Notes: generated from the letters alone by a model not told the origin. A stretch of DNA of 64,000 bases from an uncultured Gemmatimonadales bacterium (GCA_963851265.1 CAWKNZ010000009.1:128001-192000), one strand, 5' to 3'. Counted from the stretch's first letter, positions 1 to 10,624 are shown. Translations and numbers: made by a program.

Positions 1-1
1 G

Positions 2-919
2 CTCCGCCCCGCGTCCGCGCCGCCCCGCGTCGTCGACCTCCGGGCCGTCGCGCGGCGCCTCGACGATCTGGGTCCGCTCGACGCGGGTGCGTGGCGCGCC
101 GCGCAGCTCGTCGCGCTGCTGGTCGGGGCGGAGCTGGACGGCGGACCCGGCGCGGCCACGGCGGGATGGGAGGGCGGCACGACCGTGCGGGTGGCCGATC
201 TCGCGTCACGCGCCGGCGTCGTTCCGGCCGAGGTCGAGGACGCGCTTCGCAGGCTCGGCCGCGCCGGCGTGCTCCGCGCGGAGGAGGGCGGGGAAGTGGG
301 ACCGGCGTCGGACGACTATGCCGGGGTGTGCGTGCGCGTCGCGGCCGACTGCGTCACGGACGGCCCCGCTGCCGCCGTCGCGTGGCCCACCGTGACGGCG
401 GCGCTCGCCGGCTCGGCGGCCGGGCTCCTCGTGGCGCGTGCGCTCGCCGCCGCGACCGACCGGCCCGGGCATCCGACCGTCGTGCCCTACGGCGATCTCG
501 CCCGCGCGACGCACTACTCCGAAGGGATGGTGAAGCGCGGAGTGGCGACGGTGCTCGCGTCGGGCGCGGTCGTTCAGCACCCGTGCCGCGGGCGCGCGCC
601 GGCGTACGCGTTCTCGGACTGGGCGCTCGGGCGTGGTACCGCGCGCGCGGCGGTGGACGTGCCGGCCGAGGTGGCGCGCGTCGCGCCTCCCTCGACCGCT
701 CCGCGCCAGGCGGGTGCGCTGCCACCTGTCGCTCCGCAGCCCGTGCCCTCCCGCCGCACGGCGTCTGCGTTCGCAGCCCTTCCGCCGGTCCTGCGGGCGC
801 GCGTCGCCGGCGTCGACTTCGAGGTGCCGGCCGAGACGGGGGCGGAGGTGGTCGTCGAGACCGTGATCGACGGGCGCCCGGTCACCGCACGGCTGACGAT
901 CCCGGCGGCCCGCGGCTGA
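2..919 (+). CDS. 5'-truncated hypothetical protein with two winged-helix-like segments (putative DNA-binding)
   Basis: Frame +2 is open from the window edge. HTH-like segments VADLASRAGVVPAEVEDALRRLGRAGVL and YGDLARATHYSEGMVKRGVATVLASGAV. Confidence 0.55.
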   Translation, partial: LRPASAPPRVVDLRAVARRLDDLGPLDAGAWRAAQLVALLVGAELDGGPGAATAGWEGGTTVRVADLASRAGVVPAEVEDALRRLGRAGVLRAEEGGEVGPASDDYAGVCVRVAADCVTDGPAAAVAWPTVTAALAGSAAGLLVARALAAATDRPGHPTVVPYGDLARATHYSEGMVKRGVATVLASGAVVQHPCRGRAPAYAFSDWALGRGTARAAVDVPAEVARVAPPSTAPRQAGALPPVAPQPVPSRRTASAFAALPPVLRARVAGVDFEVPAETGAEVVVETVIDGRPVTARLTIPAARG

Positions 920-1031
920 CCGCGGGCCGCCCCGTGCGGGCCGCCCCGTGCCGGCGACGTGCGCCGCCGGGTAGATCTCCGGTGCTTCCCGGACTCCCCG
1001 CTGACCCTCGCCTTCGTATCTCGCGCCGCTG

Positions 1032-1529
1032 ATGCGTCCGACCCGACTGCTGACTCCGCTGCTCGCGCTCGCCCTCGCCACGCCCCTCGCTCTCCCGCTC
1101 GCCGCGTGCGGCGGGTCGGACACGACAGCCCCGACGCCCACGGCCACGATCGAGACGACGACCTTCGCCCCATCCCTCGGCATCGACCTGACCGCTCCGG
1201 GCTGGACGCGCACCTCGGCGGACCTCTACACCCGCACGCTGACCGCGGCGCCGTCGGGGGCGGCGACGGTCGTCAACGGGCAGCACCTGTCGGTGGCCTA
1301 CACCGGCTGGCTCGCGGACGGGACGTCGTTCGACTCGGGAACGATCCCTTTCACGCTCGGCGCCGGCGCCGTGATCCCGGGGTGGGACCAGGGCATCGTC
1401 GGCATGCGCGTCGGTGAACGCCGCCGGCTGCTGATCCCGCCGGGGCTCGCCTACGGCGCCTCGGGTCAGGGAAAGATTCCGCCGAACGCGGTCCTGGTCT
1501 TCGACGTCCAGGTGCTCTCGGCGGGGTGA
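1032..1529 (+). CDS. FKBP-type peptidyl-prolyl isomerase, lipoprotein
   Basis: Lipobox LAAC; FKBP motifs YTGWLADGTSFDS, VIPGWDQGIVGMRVGERRRLLIPPGLAYG, IPPNAVLVFDV. Confidence 0.95.
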   Translation: MRPTRLLTPLLALALATPLALPLAACGGSDTTAPTPTATIETTTFAPSLGIDLTAPGWTRTSADLYTRTLTAAPSGAATVVNGQHLSVAYTGWLADGTSFDSGTIPFTLGAGAVIPGWDQGIVGMRVGERRRLLIPPGLAYGASGQGKIPPNAVLVFDVQVLSAG

Positions 1530-1575
1530 GTGTGGGGTGTGCGGGGGAGCCCTCCCGCGCCCGTTACCTTCGGGC

Positions 1576-2310
1576 GTGCTGCACACCGTCCTCGACCTGC
1601 TCGGCGTCGCCGTGTTCGCCGCCTCGGGGGCGCTCGCCGCCGGACGCAAGCAGCTCGACCTGCTCGGCGTGCTCGTGCTCGCGCTCGTCACCGCCGTGGG
1701 CGGGGGCACGCTGCGTGACGTGCTGCTCGGCCGCCACCCGATCTTCTGGCTGGCGACGCCGCGCTACCTCGCGGTCATCGCGGCGGCCGCGCTGCTCACG
1801 GTCGCCTACACCCGCCGGTGGCGCGCGCCGGAGAGCGCGCTGCTCGTCGCCGATGCCGTGGGCCTCGGCGCGTACGCGATCGTCGGCGCCCAGATCGCCG
1901 AACGCGCGGGCCTGCCGCCGACCAGCGCCGTCCTCCTCGGCGCGGTCACCGGCGCGGCCGGCGGCGCCGTGCGCGACGTGCTCTGCGCCGAGATCCCGTA
2001 CGTGCTCCGGCGCGGCAACCTGTACGCGAGCGCGGCGCTCGCCGGCACGGGGAGCTACGTCGCGCTCGAAGCGCTGGACCTCGCCCGCCCCGCAGCCGCG
2101 CTCGCGGGCGCCGTGGTCACCATAGCCCTGCGGCTCGGCTCCATCCGCTGGCAGCTGCAGCTCCCCGTCTATCGGCTCGAGGCGGCGGAACCGCGCCCGC
2201 TGTTCTCGCGCCGCGCGACGGCCCGGGTCACCGGGGAGTTCGCCGTGCCGGCCGCGCCGCGCCTGCCACCCGATGCGGGGCCCGGCGGTGGCGCCGCGGG
2301 CGCGACGTAG
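1576..2310 (+). CDS. Trimeric intracellular cation channel / UPF0126 (YeiH/YadS-like) membrane protein
   Basis: Duplicated half-domains DLLGVAVFAASGA...TAVGGGTLRDVLLG and DAVGLG...TGAAGGAVRDVL. GTG 1576 chosen as start. Confidence 0.9.
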   Translation: MLHTVLDLLGVAVFAASGALAAGRKQLDLLGVLVLALVTAVGGGTLRDVLLGRHPIFWLATPRYLAVIAAAALLTVAYTRRWRAPESALLVADAVGLGAYAIVGAQIAERAGLPPTSAVLLGAVTGAAGGAVRDVLCAEIPYVLRRGNLYASAALAGTGSYVALEALDLARPAAALAGAVVTIALRLGSIRWQLQLPVYRLEAAEPRPLFSRRATARVTGEFAVPAAPRLPPDAGPGGGAAGAT

Positions 2311-2385
2311 TTTGACGTGACAGCCGGCAGACGGGCCGCACGCCGCGCGACCCGATCCCGCCCGACCACCCCGCCTCACCCTGCC

Positions 2386-3990
2386 ATGCCCGCACCCGGT
2401 CTCCCGCGGCGAGTTCTGCCCTCGCACACGGCCGCATGCCTCGCGACCGTCCTGGTGGCCGCCCTGGTGGCCGCACTCGCGCCGACCGTGGCGCGGGCGC
2501 AGGCCGTGCACCCCGCCGTCCGCGCCGCTTCCCCCGCGGCGTCCGGCGTGATCCCCGCGGCGATGGCCGCGATCCGCGAGGCGGACCTCAAGCGCGACCT
2601 CTACGCGCTGGCGAGCGATTCGATGCGCGGGCGCGAGGCCGGCACGCTGGACGAGCTGCGCGCGTCGATGTGGATCGCCGACCAGCTGCGGCGCATCGGG
2701 GTCGCGCCGGCGGCACCCGACGGCAGCTACTTCCAGTGGTGGAACATGCGTCGCACGCGCGTCTCGACCACGGCGAGTCGCGTGCTCGTCGGCGACCGCC
2801 CGCTCGCCATCTGGAGCGAGGTCGCGCCGGGGTCCGCGCTGGCGGCGATGGTGGACGCCCCCACCGTCGTGCTCGCCGACGCGCGCGACAGCACCACGGA
2901 CGTCGCGGGCAAGGTGGTCGTCGCCGACCTCGTGCCGCCGCCCACCGCCGTGCGCCGCGAGGGCACCAACTCGTACGAGTACCGCTACGCCGCGAGCGCG
3001 CTCGCCGCGGCCGGCGCCCGGCTGCAGCGGCGCGGCGCCGCGGCCGTGATCCTCGTGGCCGACTCGGTCGCCGAGCGCGGGTTCGAGGGTGTGGCGGCGA
3101 TCCGGTCGCGCGGCACGTACGACGTCGAGGGCGGGGCGCCGTGGCTCGCGCCGCGTGCGCCTAACGCCGCGACCGTTGCCGCCGCGCCGGTCCCCGTGCT
3201 CCTCGCGCGCCGCGGACTGGCGGACGTGCTCCGCGTCCCCGGGCAGCGCGTGCGGCTCGACCTCCGCCTCGAGCGCTTCGAGGCGCCCTCCGTCAACGTC
3301 GTGGGCACGGTGCGCGGCGCCGACCCGGCACTCCGCGACGAGTACGTGCTCTACAGCTCGCACCAGGACCACGACGGGGTGCGCTACGCGATCAACGGCG
3401 ATTCGGTCTGGGCCGGGGCCGACGACAACGGCTCGGTGAGCGTCGCGCTCCTCGCGATCGCGCGGGCGTTCGTGCGGCAGCCCGGCAGGCGCTCGGTCCT
3501 CTTCGTCTACCACGGCGCCGAGGAACGCGGCCTGCTCGGCTCCCGCTACCACGCGGCCCACCCCGTGGTGCCGCGCGACCGCATCGTCGCCGTGCTCAAC
3601 GGCGACATGATCGGGCGCAACAACCCCGACTCGGCGAGCCTGCTCGGCATCCAGCCGCCGCACCGCAACTCGTCCGACCTCGTCGCCACCGCGCTGCGTG
3701 CGAACGCACTCACGGGCAGGTTCCAACTCGACTCGATCTGGGACCGCCCCACGCACCCGGAAGGCTGGTACTTCCGGAGCGACCACGTGCCGTACGCGCG
3801 GATGAACATCCCGGCGATCGAGTACTCGACCAACCTGCACGCCGATTATCACACGCCGCGCGACAAGCCGTCGGCGATCGACTACGCCAAACTCACCCGG
3901 ATGACGCAGTGGATGTACTTGACCGGCTGGTTCGTCGCGACCGCGCCCACGCGCCCGACCATCGACCCCGGCTTCCGGCTGGAGCGGTGA
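2386..3990 (+). CDS. M28 family metallopeptidase (secreted)
   Basis: SSHQDH, GADDNGS, GAEERGLLGS, LNGDMIG, FRSDH, YHTP. Confidence 0.92.
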   Translation: MPAPGLPRRVLPSHTAACLATVLVAALVAALAPTVARAQAVHPAVRAASPAASGVIPAAMAAIREADLKRDLYALASDSMRGREAGTLDELRASMWIADQLRRIGVAPAAPDGSYFQWWNMRRTRVSTTASRVLVGDRPLAIWSEVAPGSALAAMVDAPTVVLADARDSTTDVAGKVVVADLVPPPTAVRREGTNSYEYRYAASALAAAGARLQRRGAAAVILVADSVAERGFEGVAAIRSRGTYDVEGGAPWLAPRAPNAATVAAAPVPVLLARRGLADVLRVPGQRVRLDLRLERFEAPSVNVVGTVRGADPALRDEYVLYSSHQDHDGVRYAINGDSVWAGADDNGSVSVALLAIARAFVRQPGRRSVLFVYHGAEERGLLGSRYHAAHPVVPRDRIVAVLNGDMIGRNNPDSASLLGIQPPHRNSSDLVATALRANALTGRFQLDSIWDRPTHPEGWYFRSDHVPYARMNIPAIEYSTNLHADYHTPRDKPSAIDYAKLTRMTQWMYLTGWFVATAPTRPTIDPGFRLER

Positions 3991-3995
3991 GCGCC

Positions 3996-5804
3996 ATGCG
4001 ACGCCTGCTCTCGATCGCGCTGCCGTGCGCGGTCGGCGTGTGCGCGGCCGGCACCGCGGCCCGCGCGCAACCTGCGGTCTGGCCCGACGAAGGGCCGCGC
4101 ACGTGGACGCCGCGCCCCACCGCGCCGGCCATCACCGCCAACGACCTGCGCACGCGTCTCTACCAGTTTGCCGACGACTCGATGCAGGGGCGACGCATCG
4201 GCGACGTCGGCAACTTCAAGGGGACCGAGTACGTTGCCCGCGAGTTCCGGCGCCTGGGTCTGCGCCCCGCCGGTGACGGCGGCACGTACTTCCAGGTGCT
4301 CCCGATCGGTCCGGTGGGCGTGGACAGCGCCGCGGCGCGGCTGCTGGTCGCGGGCGCCGCTCTCGCCCCACGCGCCGACTGGATTCCCACCGCGCCGAAC
4401 GCGGCGAACGGCTTCGGCGACGCCGTGGACGTCACCAACGCGCCGGCGGTGTTTGCGGGGCGCTGGGGCGACACGACGGTCGCGCTGGACCCGGCGGTGT
4501 TCCGCGGCAGGGTGGCGGTGTTCCTCGGCGCGGCCGGCACCGCGGGCGCGCGTCGTCCCGCGCTGCCCCGGTGTGATTCGGTGCCGGACAAGTTCGGCGC
4601 CGCGGCAGCCATCGCCGTCGAAACCGCCGACCGCGCACGCGGCGGAGGGATTCGGCGCGTGCGGGTGGTGCGCGACGCGCGGGCGCAGACCGCCGGCGCG
4701 CTCGCTGCGCTCGTCGTGGAGCTCGACGCACTCCCCGAGGCCGCGCTCGACGCCGCGTTCGCCCAGCGCATGACGATGCGCCCCGAAACGCCCGCGCGCG
4801 GGATCGGCGGTGCGACGATTTCGCAGGCCGCGGCGGCGCGCCTGTTCGGCCGGGCGGTCGACGGCCTCGCCGTGGGCACGGTCGGGCAACCGGTGACGGC
4901 ATCGTGGCGCTATACGTGGCGCATGTCGACAACGCCGGCGCGCAACGTCGTCGCCGTCCTTCCGGGCGCGGATCCGGCGCGTGCGGGCGAATACGTCCTC
5001 GTGAGCGCGCACAACGATCACATGGGCGTCAACCCGAGCGCGGTCGACCACGACTCGCTCCGCGCGGTCAACATGGTCACCCGCCCGCAGGGCATCAACG
5101 ACCCCGCCTGCCGCCCCACCGAGGCGCAGCAGCGGCGCATCGACTCGCTCGTCGCGCACGCCCGCAGCATCCGCCCGCCCCGGCGCGACTCCATCATGAA
5201 TGGCGCGGACGACGACGGTTCCGGCACCGTGGTGCTGCTCGAGATCGCCGAACAGTTCGCGGCGGAGCGTCCGGCGCGCTCCATCGTCTTCGTGTCGCAC
5301 ACGGGCGAGGAGGCGGGACTGCTCGGCTCGAAGTGGTTCACCGACCACCCCACGGTCAAGCTCGACTCGGTGGTTGCCGCCCTCAACATGGACATGGTCG
5401 GGAAAGGGCGGGCGGACCAGGTGAAGTTCGGCGGTCCGACCTCACTCCAGACGCTCGGATCTCGCCGCTTATCACGTCAGTTCGGCGACATCATCGACTC
5501 CGTGAACGCCGCGCGACCCGAGCACATGGCGATCGATCGGAGCTGGGACGTGCCCGCCAACCCGATGAACCGTTTCTGCCGCAGCGACCAGGTCAACTAC
5601 GTTCATCATGACGTCCCCGTCACCTACTTCTCGCTCGGCTACGCGGAGGACTACCACCAGGTGACGGACGAGCCGCCGTACATCGACTACGACCACGCGG
5701 CGCGGGTGGGGCGGTTCATTCACGACGTCATGGCCGCGATCGCCGATCGCCGCGACCGGCCGGCGATTTCGGGCGCCGACCCGTCGTACCCGGCCTGCCG
5801 GTGA
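3996..5804 (+). CDS. M28 family metallopeptidase (secreted)
   Basis: Signal peptide; SAHNDH, NGADDDGSG, GEEAGLLGS, LNMDMVG, RSDQ, DYHQ. Confidence 0.92.
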   Translation: MRRLLSIALPCAVGVCAAGTAARAQPAVWPDEGPRTWTPRPTAPAITANDLRTRLYQFADDSMQGRRIGDVGNFKGTEYVAREFRRLGLRPAGDGGTYFQVLPIGPVGVDSAAARLLVAGAALAPRADWIPTAPNAANGFGDAVDVTNAPAVFAGRWGDTTVALDPAVFRGRVAVFLGAAGTAGARRPALPRCDSVPDKFGAAAAIAVETADRARGGGIRRVRVVRDARAQTAGALAALVVELDALPEAALDAAFAQRMTMRPETPARGIGGATISQAAAARLFGRAVDGLAVGTVGQPVTASWRYTWRMSTTPARNVVAVLPGADPARAGEYVLVSAHNDHMGVNPSAVDHDSLRAVNMVTRPQGINDPACRPTEAQQRRIDSLVAHARSIRPPRRDSIMNGADDDGSGTVVLLEIAEQFAAERPARSIVFVSHTGEEAGLLGSKWFTDHPTVKLDSVVAALNMDMVGKGRADQVKFGGPTSLQTLGSRRLSRQFGDIIDSVNAARPEHMAIDRSWDVPANPMNRFCRSDQVNYVHHDVPVTYFSLGYAEDYHQVTDEPPYIDYDHAARVGRFIHDVMAAIADRRDRPAISGADPSYPACR

Positions 5805-5981
5805 GCGGTTTGGGCGAACGCCCCTGATCGGGGAGCAGTCGCCGCCGCCCTGCCCGCGATTTGCTCGCTCGCTGCCGACGTGGACCCGCGCTTGCGCGGA
5901 CGTACCCATCGCTGCACCGCGATTCCCGATCGCGCGACAGGCTTCGCCCACCGTTCGCGACTCCAACGCTCACACCGCGCC

Positions 5982-6932
5982 ATGACTCCGCAAGAACGCG
6001 ACGCCCTCCTCCCGCTCCTCGACCGGCTGCGCCAGGCGCGCGTGCCCACGAAGGACGCCGAAGCCGACCAACTCATCCGGCAGGCGGTCCAGGCGCAGCC
6101 CGACGCGCCGTACGTGCTCGCCCAGACGGTGCTGATGCAGGACTACGCGCTGCACGCCGCGCAGGACCGCATCCATGCCCTCGAGCAGCAGGTGAGCCAG
6201 GCGCAGGCCCAGGGGCAGCGGTCGTCGGGCGGCGGCGGATTCCTGAGCAACCTGCTCGGCGGCCACCCCGCACCTCCGCCCGCGCCTCCTCCGCCCCCGC
6301 CTCCCGGCTACGCCGCGCCGCCCGGGGCCTTCCAACAGCCGAGTTATGGCCAATCGGCGGCATACGGCCAGCAGCCCGGCTACGCCCAACAACCCAGCTA
6401 CGGCCAGCAGGTCGCGAACGCCGTCCAGCCCGGGGCCGGCCAGCCGTCGTTCCTCCGGAGTGCGGCACAGACTGCCGCGGGAATCGCCGGCGGCGCGCTG
6501 CTCTTTCAGGGGCTCGAGGGGCTGTTCGGCGGCCACGGCGGATTCGGCGGCGGCGGTGGCCTCGGAAGCGGGTTCCTCGGCGGCGGCGGTCAGGGCTTCG
6601 CGCCGCGCGAGGAGATCGTCGAGAACGTGAACAACTACTACGGCGACCAGCCGACCCACGCCGGCCAGCAGTTCGGCGGGTTCGCCGATCAACCCGGTGC
6701 GGGCCAGCCCGGGATGGACCAACCGGGGAACGAGGACGTGACCCGTTTCGCCGACCAGGGTGGTGCGCAAGGCGGGGACGCGGGTGCCTTCTCCAACACC
6801 GCCGATTACGACACCTCCGACGACCCCGGCGCGAGCGGCCTCGACGACTCGGGGAACGACTACGGCGGAGATTCGGGGGGCGGAGACTTCGGCGGGGGAG
6901 ATTTCGGCGGGGACGACAGCTTCAATAGCTGA
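5982..6932 (+). CDS. DUF2076-family protein
   Basis: MTPQER...DAEADQLI...QPDAPYVLAQTVL; SFLRSAAQTAAGIAGGALLF; Gly/Asp-rich tail. Confidence 0.85.
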   Translation: MTPQERDALLPLLDRLRQARVPTKDAEADQLIRQAVQAQPDAPYVLAQTVLMQDYALHAAQDRIHALEQQVSQAQAQGQRSSGGGGFLSNLLGGHPAPPPAPPPPPPPGYAAPPGAFQQPSYGQSAAYGQQPGYAQQPSYGQQVANAVQPGAGQPSFLRSAAQTAAGIAGGALLFQGLEGLFGGHGGFGGGGGLGSGFLGGGGQGFAPREEIVENVNNYYGDQPTHAGQQFGGFADQPGAGQPGMDQPGNEDVTRFADQGGAQGGDAGAFSNTADYDTSDDPGASGLDDSGNDYGGDSGGGDFGGGDFGGDDSFNS

Positions 6933-6940
6933 GCGGCCGC

Positions 6941-8494
6941 GTGCGCCTTCTTCGCCGCGCGCTCGCGGCCCTCTGCGGATTGGCCGCGGGCCTACCCGTC
7001 GCCGCCCAGTCCGCACGCGCCCCGCGGGCCACGCGCGAGCCCGCTGCCACCGCGCCGCGCGTCGGACCCGCGCGCGGCGCGGTGGTGGTCGTCGGCGGCG
7101 GGGCGGTCGGCCCCGAGATCCTCACGCGCTTCATCGCCCTGGCCGGCGGCCCCGACGCGCTGATCGTCGACGTGCCGACGGCGGGCGGCGACTCCGTCTA
7201 CCCGGCCGACACGCCCGGGGCGCGGATGCTCCGGGCGGCAGGCGCTCGGCACGTCGTCGTCCTGCACACGGTGAGTCGGGCCGCGGCCGACGCCGACAGC
7301 TTCGTCGCCCCGCTCGCCCGCGCGGGCGGCGTCTGGTTCGACGGCGGCCGGCAGTGGCACCTCGTCGACAGCTACGCGGGCACGCGCACCGAGCGCGGCT
7401 TCCACGACGTGCTCGCGCGCGGCGGCGTGGTGGGCGGCTCGTCGGCGGGCGCGTCCATCCTCTCGAGCTACCTGCTGCGCGGCGCGCGCGCCGGCAACGC
7501 GACCATCATGGCGGCAGGCTACGAGCAGGGCTTCGGCTTTCTGCGCGGCGTGGCCATCGACCAGCACGTCGTCGCCCGCGATCGCCTCCCTGATCTCGCC
7601 GACTCGCTCCGCCCCGCACACCCCGAACTGCTCGGCATCTCGGAGGACGAGGGCACGGCGTGGGTGGTGCGCGGCGATACCGCGGACATCCTCGGGCGGA
7701 GCAAGGCGTTCGTCTACGGCGGCGCCGACCCCACCGACCCCGGCCGGCCGTTCCTCACCCTCTACCCGGGCGACCGGTACGACCTCGGCGCGCGCCACGT
7801 GCTCCGCCGCGCGGGCGAGGGGCTGCCGCTCACGCGCGCGTTCGTCGACTCGCTGTTCGCGCCCGTGGCGGGGGCGGGGCGCGGCGCGGCCACGGTGCTC
7901 GTCGCCGAGGACGGCCGCGTGCTCGCCGACGAGGCGTACGGCGTGCCCGACCAGCCGCGCTACCTCCCGCGCACGACCGCGCCCAACTTTGCGTTAGGCG
8001 GCATCGCCGCGCCGCTCGACTCGCTGGCCTCGCGGCTGGCCGCCCGCGACTCCGCCGCGCGCCCCGACGAGCGACTCGGCAAACGCGCCTACCCGCAATT
8101 CGTGGCGCGACGCGTCTTCACCCCCGTCGGCGCGCACCGCACCACCGTCGACGCCGCCGGGGCGTTCCGGTCCAACGTCGACGAACTGTACCGGCTCTCG
8201 TTCGCCTTCGACCCGCGCGAGACGCCGGCGGCGTTGGGCGGGCCCGCGCCGACGGACGGACCGCCCGACGCCTTGGACGCGTCGGCGTCGGGGTGGCAGG
8301 TCGACCGCGTGGGCGGGCTCACCCGCCTGAGCGCGTTCGCCACGCCCGACGGCCGGCGCGGCGCGTTCGTGCGCATCCCCGACCGGCGCGCGACCATCGT
8401 CATCCTCAGCGATCGCGACGCCGTGGACGCGCGCGGCCTCGCCGAGCGGATCGCCGAGCGCCTGGTCGGGGCGGACCGCCCGCGTCGCGAGTGA
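6941..8494 (+). CDS. Cyanophycinase-like peptidase S51 fused to a degenerate beta-lactamase-like C-terminal region
   Basis: VWFDGGRQ, GGSSAGA nucleophile motif, AIDQH, GISEDEGTA; C-terminal ATVLVAEDGRV...SNVDELYRL...PDRRATIVILS. Confidence 0.8.
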   Translation: MRLLRRALAALCGLAAGLPVAAQSARAPRATREPAATAPRVGPARGAVVVVGGGAVGPEILTRFIALAGGPDALIVDVPTAGGDSVYPADTPGARMLRAAGARHVVVLHTVSRAAADADSFVAPLARAGGVWFDGGRQWHLVDSYAGTRTERGFHDVLARGGVVGGSSAGASILSSYLLRGARAGNATIMAAGYEQGFGFLRGVAIDQHVVARDRLPDLADSLRPAHPELLGISEDEGTAWVVRGDTADILGRSKAFVYGGADPTDPGRPFLTLYPGDRYDLGARHVLRRAGEGLPLTRAFVDSLFAPVAGAGRGAATVLVAEDGRVLADEAYGVPDQPRYLPRTTAPNFALGGIAAPLDSLASRLAARDSAARPDERLGKRAYPQFVARRVFTPVGAHRTTVDAAGAFRSNVDELYRLSFAFDPRETPAALGGPAPTDGPPDALDASASGWQVDRVGGLTRLSAFATPDGRRGAFVRIPDRRATIVILSDRDAVDARGLAERIAERLVGADRPRRE

Positions 8495-8533
8495 TCGGTG
8501 CCGGTGGTCCTCACGCTCCCTCGTCGCGCCCGC

Positions 8534-10588
8534 ATGCGCCGCCTCTCCCTCGCCACGTCCGCGCTCGCGGCCTCCCTCGTCGCGGGCCGTTCCGCGTCCG
8601 CCCGCGTCGTCCGCGTCGTGGTCGACCACCGCGACGACGTCGCGGCCGGCGCGCCCATCGGCGGCGCGCCCGCCTACGAACGCCTCACGGGCCGGGTGTT
8701 CTTCGCCTTCGACCCGCGCAACCCGCACGACCGGCAGATCGTCGACCTCGCGCGCGCGCCGCGCAACGTGCGCGGTGAGGTGGAGGCGTGGGGCGAGTTC
8801 GCGATGCTGCGCCCCAAGGACCCGGCGCGCGCGAGCGGGGTGACGCTGGTCGACGTGGTGAACCGCGGCGGCGTGACGGTGGGCGTGTTCCACCTCGGCG
8901 CCGAGCGCGGGGCGGGGCCGACCGACTCCGCCGCCTTCGGCGATGCGCTCCTCCTCCGTCGCGGCCTCACGGTCGTGATGCTCGGCTGGCAGTGGGACAT
9001 CCTGCCGAACGCGCCCGGCCTGCACTTCTACCCGCCCGTGGCCCGCGACGGCGCGCACCCGATCACGGGGCTCGTGCGGAGCGACGTCACCGTCGACGCG
9101 CCGACGCGCACCATCCCGCTCGGCCACCGCGTCGCGACCTCCGAGGCGCTCGGCTACCCGGTGTCCGACCCCGACGACCCGGCGACGGTGCTCACCGTGC
9201 GCGACGGCCCGCTGGCGCCGCGCACCACCGTGCCGCGGAGCGCGTGGCGCTTTGCGCGCGAGGACAGCGCCGGGGGCGTGATCGCTGACGCACGGCACGT
9301 CTACATGGCGGCCGGCTTCCAGCCGGGGCACGTATACGAGGTCGTCTACCGGGCGAAGGACCCGGTCGTCGTCGGCACCGGGATGGCCGCGGTGCGCGAC
9401 ATGATCGCGTGGCTCAAGCACGACCCCGCCACGCTCGCGCCCACGCGCTGGGGCATCGCGTACGGCGTCTCGCAGACGGGGCGCTTCCTGCGCCACTTCC
9501 TGTACGACGGCTTCAACGTCGACGAACGCGGGCGCCAGGCGTTCGACGGGATCTTCGCGCACACGGCCGGTGCGGGGCGGGGGAGCTTCAACCACCGCTT
9601 CGCCCAGCCCTCGCGCGACGCGCAGCCGTACTCGACGTTCTTCTACCCCACCGACGTCTTCCCCTTCACGAGCCCCGACGAGACCGACCCCGCGACGGGG
9701 CGCACGGGCGGACTGCGCACGCACCGCCCGTCGGGCGCGGGGGCGCCGAAGGTGTTCTACGTCGACGGGGGCTACGAGTACTGGGGACGCGGCGCGTCGC
9801 TCGCGCACACCACCGTGGACGGCCGCCGCGACGTGGGGTTCCTCCCGCTCGAGCGGCGCTACGTGCTGTCGTCGGCGCAGCACTCGGGCCCTGCGGGGTG
9901 GCCGCCACCGCCTAACGCGCGCGTCGGGGACGCGGCGGCGTGGCGCGGCAACCCGATGGACCAGCGGCTCGCCCTCCGCGCGCTCCTCGTCGCGCTCGTG
10001 GACTGGGTGAAGGACGGGCGCGAGCCGCCGGCGTCGCTGTACCCGACGCGCGCGGCCGGAATGCTCGTGCCCGTCGACTCGCTGGTCCGGCCCGCCATCC
10101 CGGGCGTGCGGCTCGCGGCGGTGCCGTACCGGCCGTACCGGCTCGACTTCGGCCCGCGGTGGACGAGCGGGATCATCGACCGCGAGCCGCCGGCGGTGGG
10201 CGCGCCGTTCGCCGTGCTCGTGCCACGCGTCGATTCGTTAGGCAACGACCTCGGCGGCGTGCGGTCCGTGGAGCTCGAGGCGCCCCTCGCCACCTACCTG
10301 CCGTGGCAGCTGCGCGCGCCGTCGCTCGCCGGGAGCGACCGGCTGGTGAGCTTCCAGGGCACGTTCGTGCCGCTCCCGCGCACCGAGGCCGAGCGGGCGC
10401 GCGCGGGCGACCCGCGCCCGAGCATCGAGCGGCTCTACGGCACGCGCGACGCGTACCTCGCGCGCGTGGACGCGGCCGCGCGCGCCCTCGCCGCGCGCCG
10501 GTTCCTGCTCGACGAGGACGTGCCCCGCGCGCGCGCGCGCCTCGCGAGCACGTGGGACTGGATCACCGCGAACGGGGGCACGCGCTGA
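8534..10588 (+). CDS. Secreted alpha/beta-hydrolase-domain protein
   Basis: Signal peptide; VVNRGG, GWQWD, YGVSQTGRFLR (GxSxxG), EYWGRGASL. Confidence 0.8.
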   Translation: MRRLSLATSALAASLVAGRSASARVVRVVVDHRDDVAAGAPIGGAPAYERLTGRVFFAFDPRNPHDRQIVDLARAPRNVRGEVEAWGEFAMLRPKDPARASGVTLVDVVNRGGVTVGVFHLGAERGAGPTDSAAFGDALLLRRGLTVVMLGWQWDILPNAPGLHFYPPVARDGAHPITGLVRSDVTVDAPTRTIPLGHRVATSEALGYPVSDPDDPATVLTVRDGPLAPRTTVPRSAWRFAREDSAGGVIADARHVYMAAGFQPGHVYEVVYRAKDPVVVGTGMAAVRDMIAWLKHDPATLAPTRWGIAYGVSQTGRFLRHFLYDGFNVDERGRQAFDGIFAHTAGAGRGSFNHRFAQPSRDAQPYSTFFYPTDVFPFTSPDETDPATGRTGGLRTHRPSGAGAPKVFYVDGGYEYWGRGASLAHTTVDGRRDVGFLPLERRYVLSSAQHSGPAGWPPPPNARVGDAAAWRGNPMDQRLALRALLVALVDWVKDGREPPASLYPTRAAGMLVPVDSLVRPAIPGVRLAAVPYRPYRLDFGPRWTSGIIDREPPAVGAPFAVLVPRVDSLGNDLGGVRSVELEAPLATYLPWQLRAPSLAGSDRLVSFQGTFVPLPRTEAERARAGDPRPSIERLYGTRDAYLARVDAAARALAARRFLLDEDVPRARARLASTWDWITANGGTR

Positions 10589-10624
10589 CCGGATCGGACC
10601 GCCACCACGGTCAGGCCGTCAGCA

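Noticed and set aside
6230..6930. Gly/Pro/Gln low-complexity repeats
   Set aside because: Normal for DUF2076 proteins.
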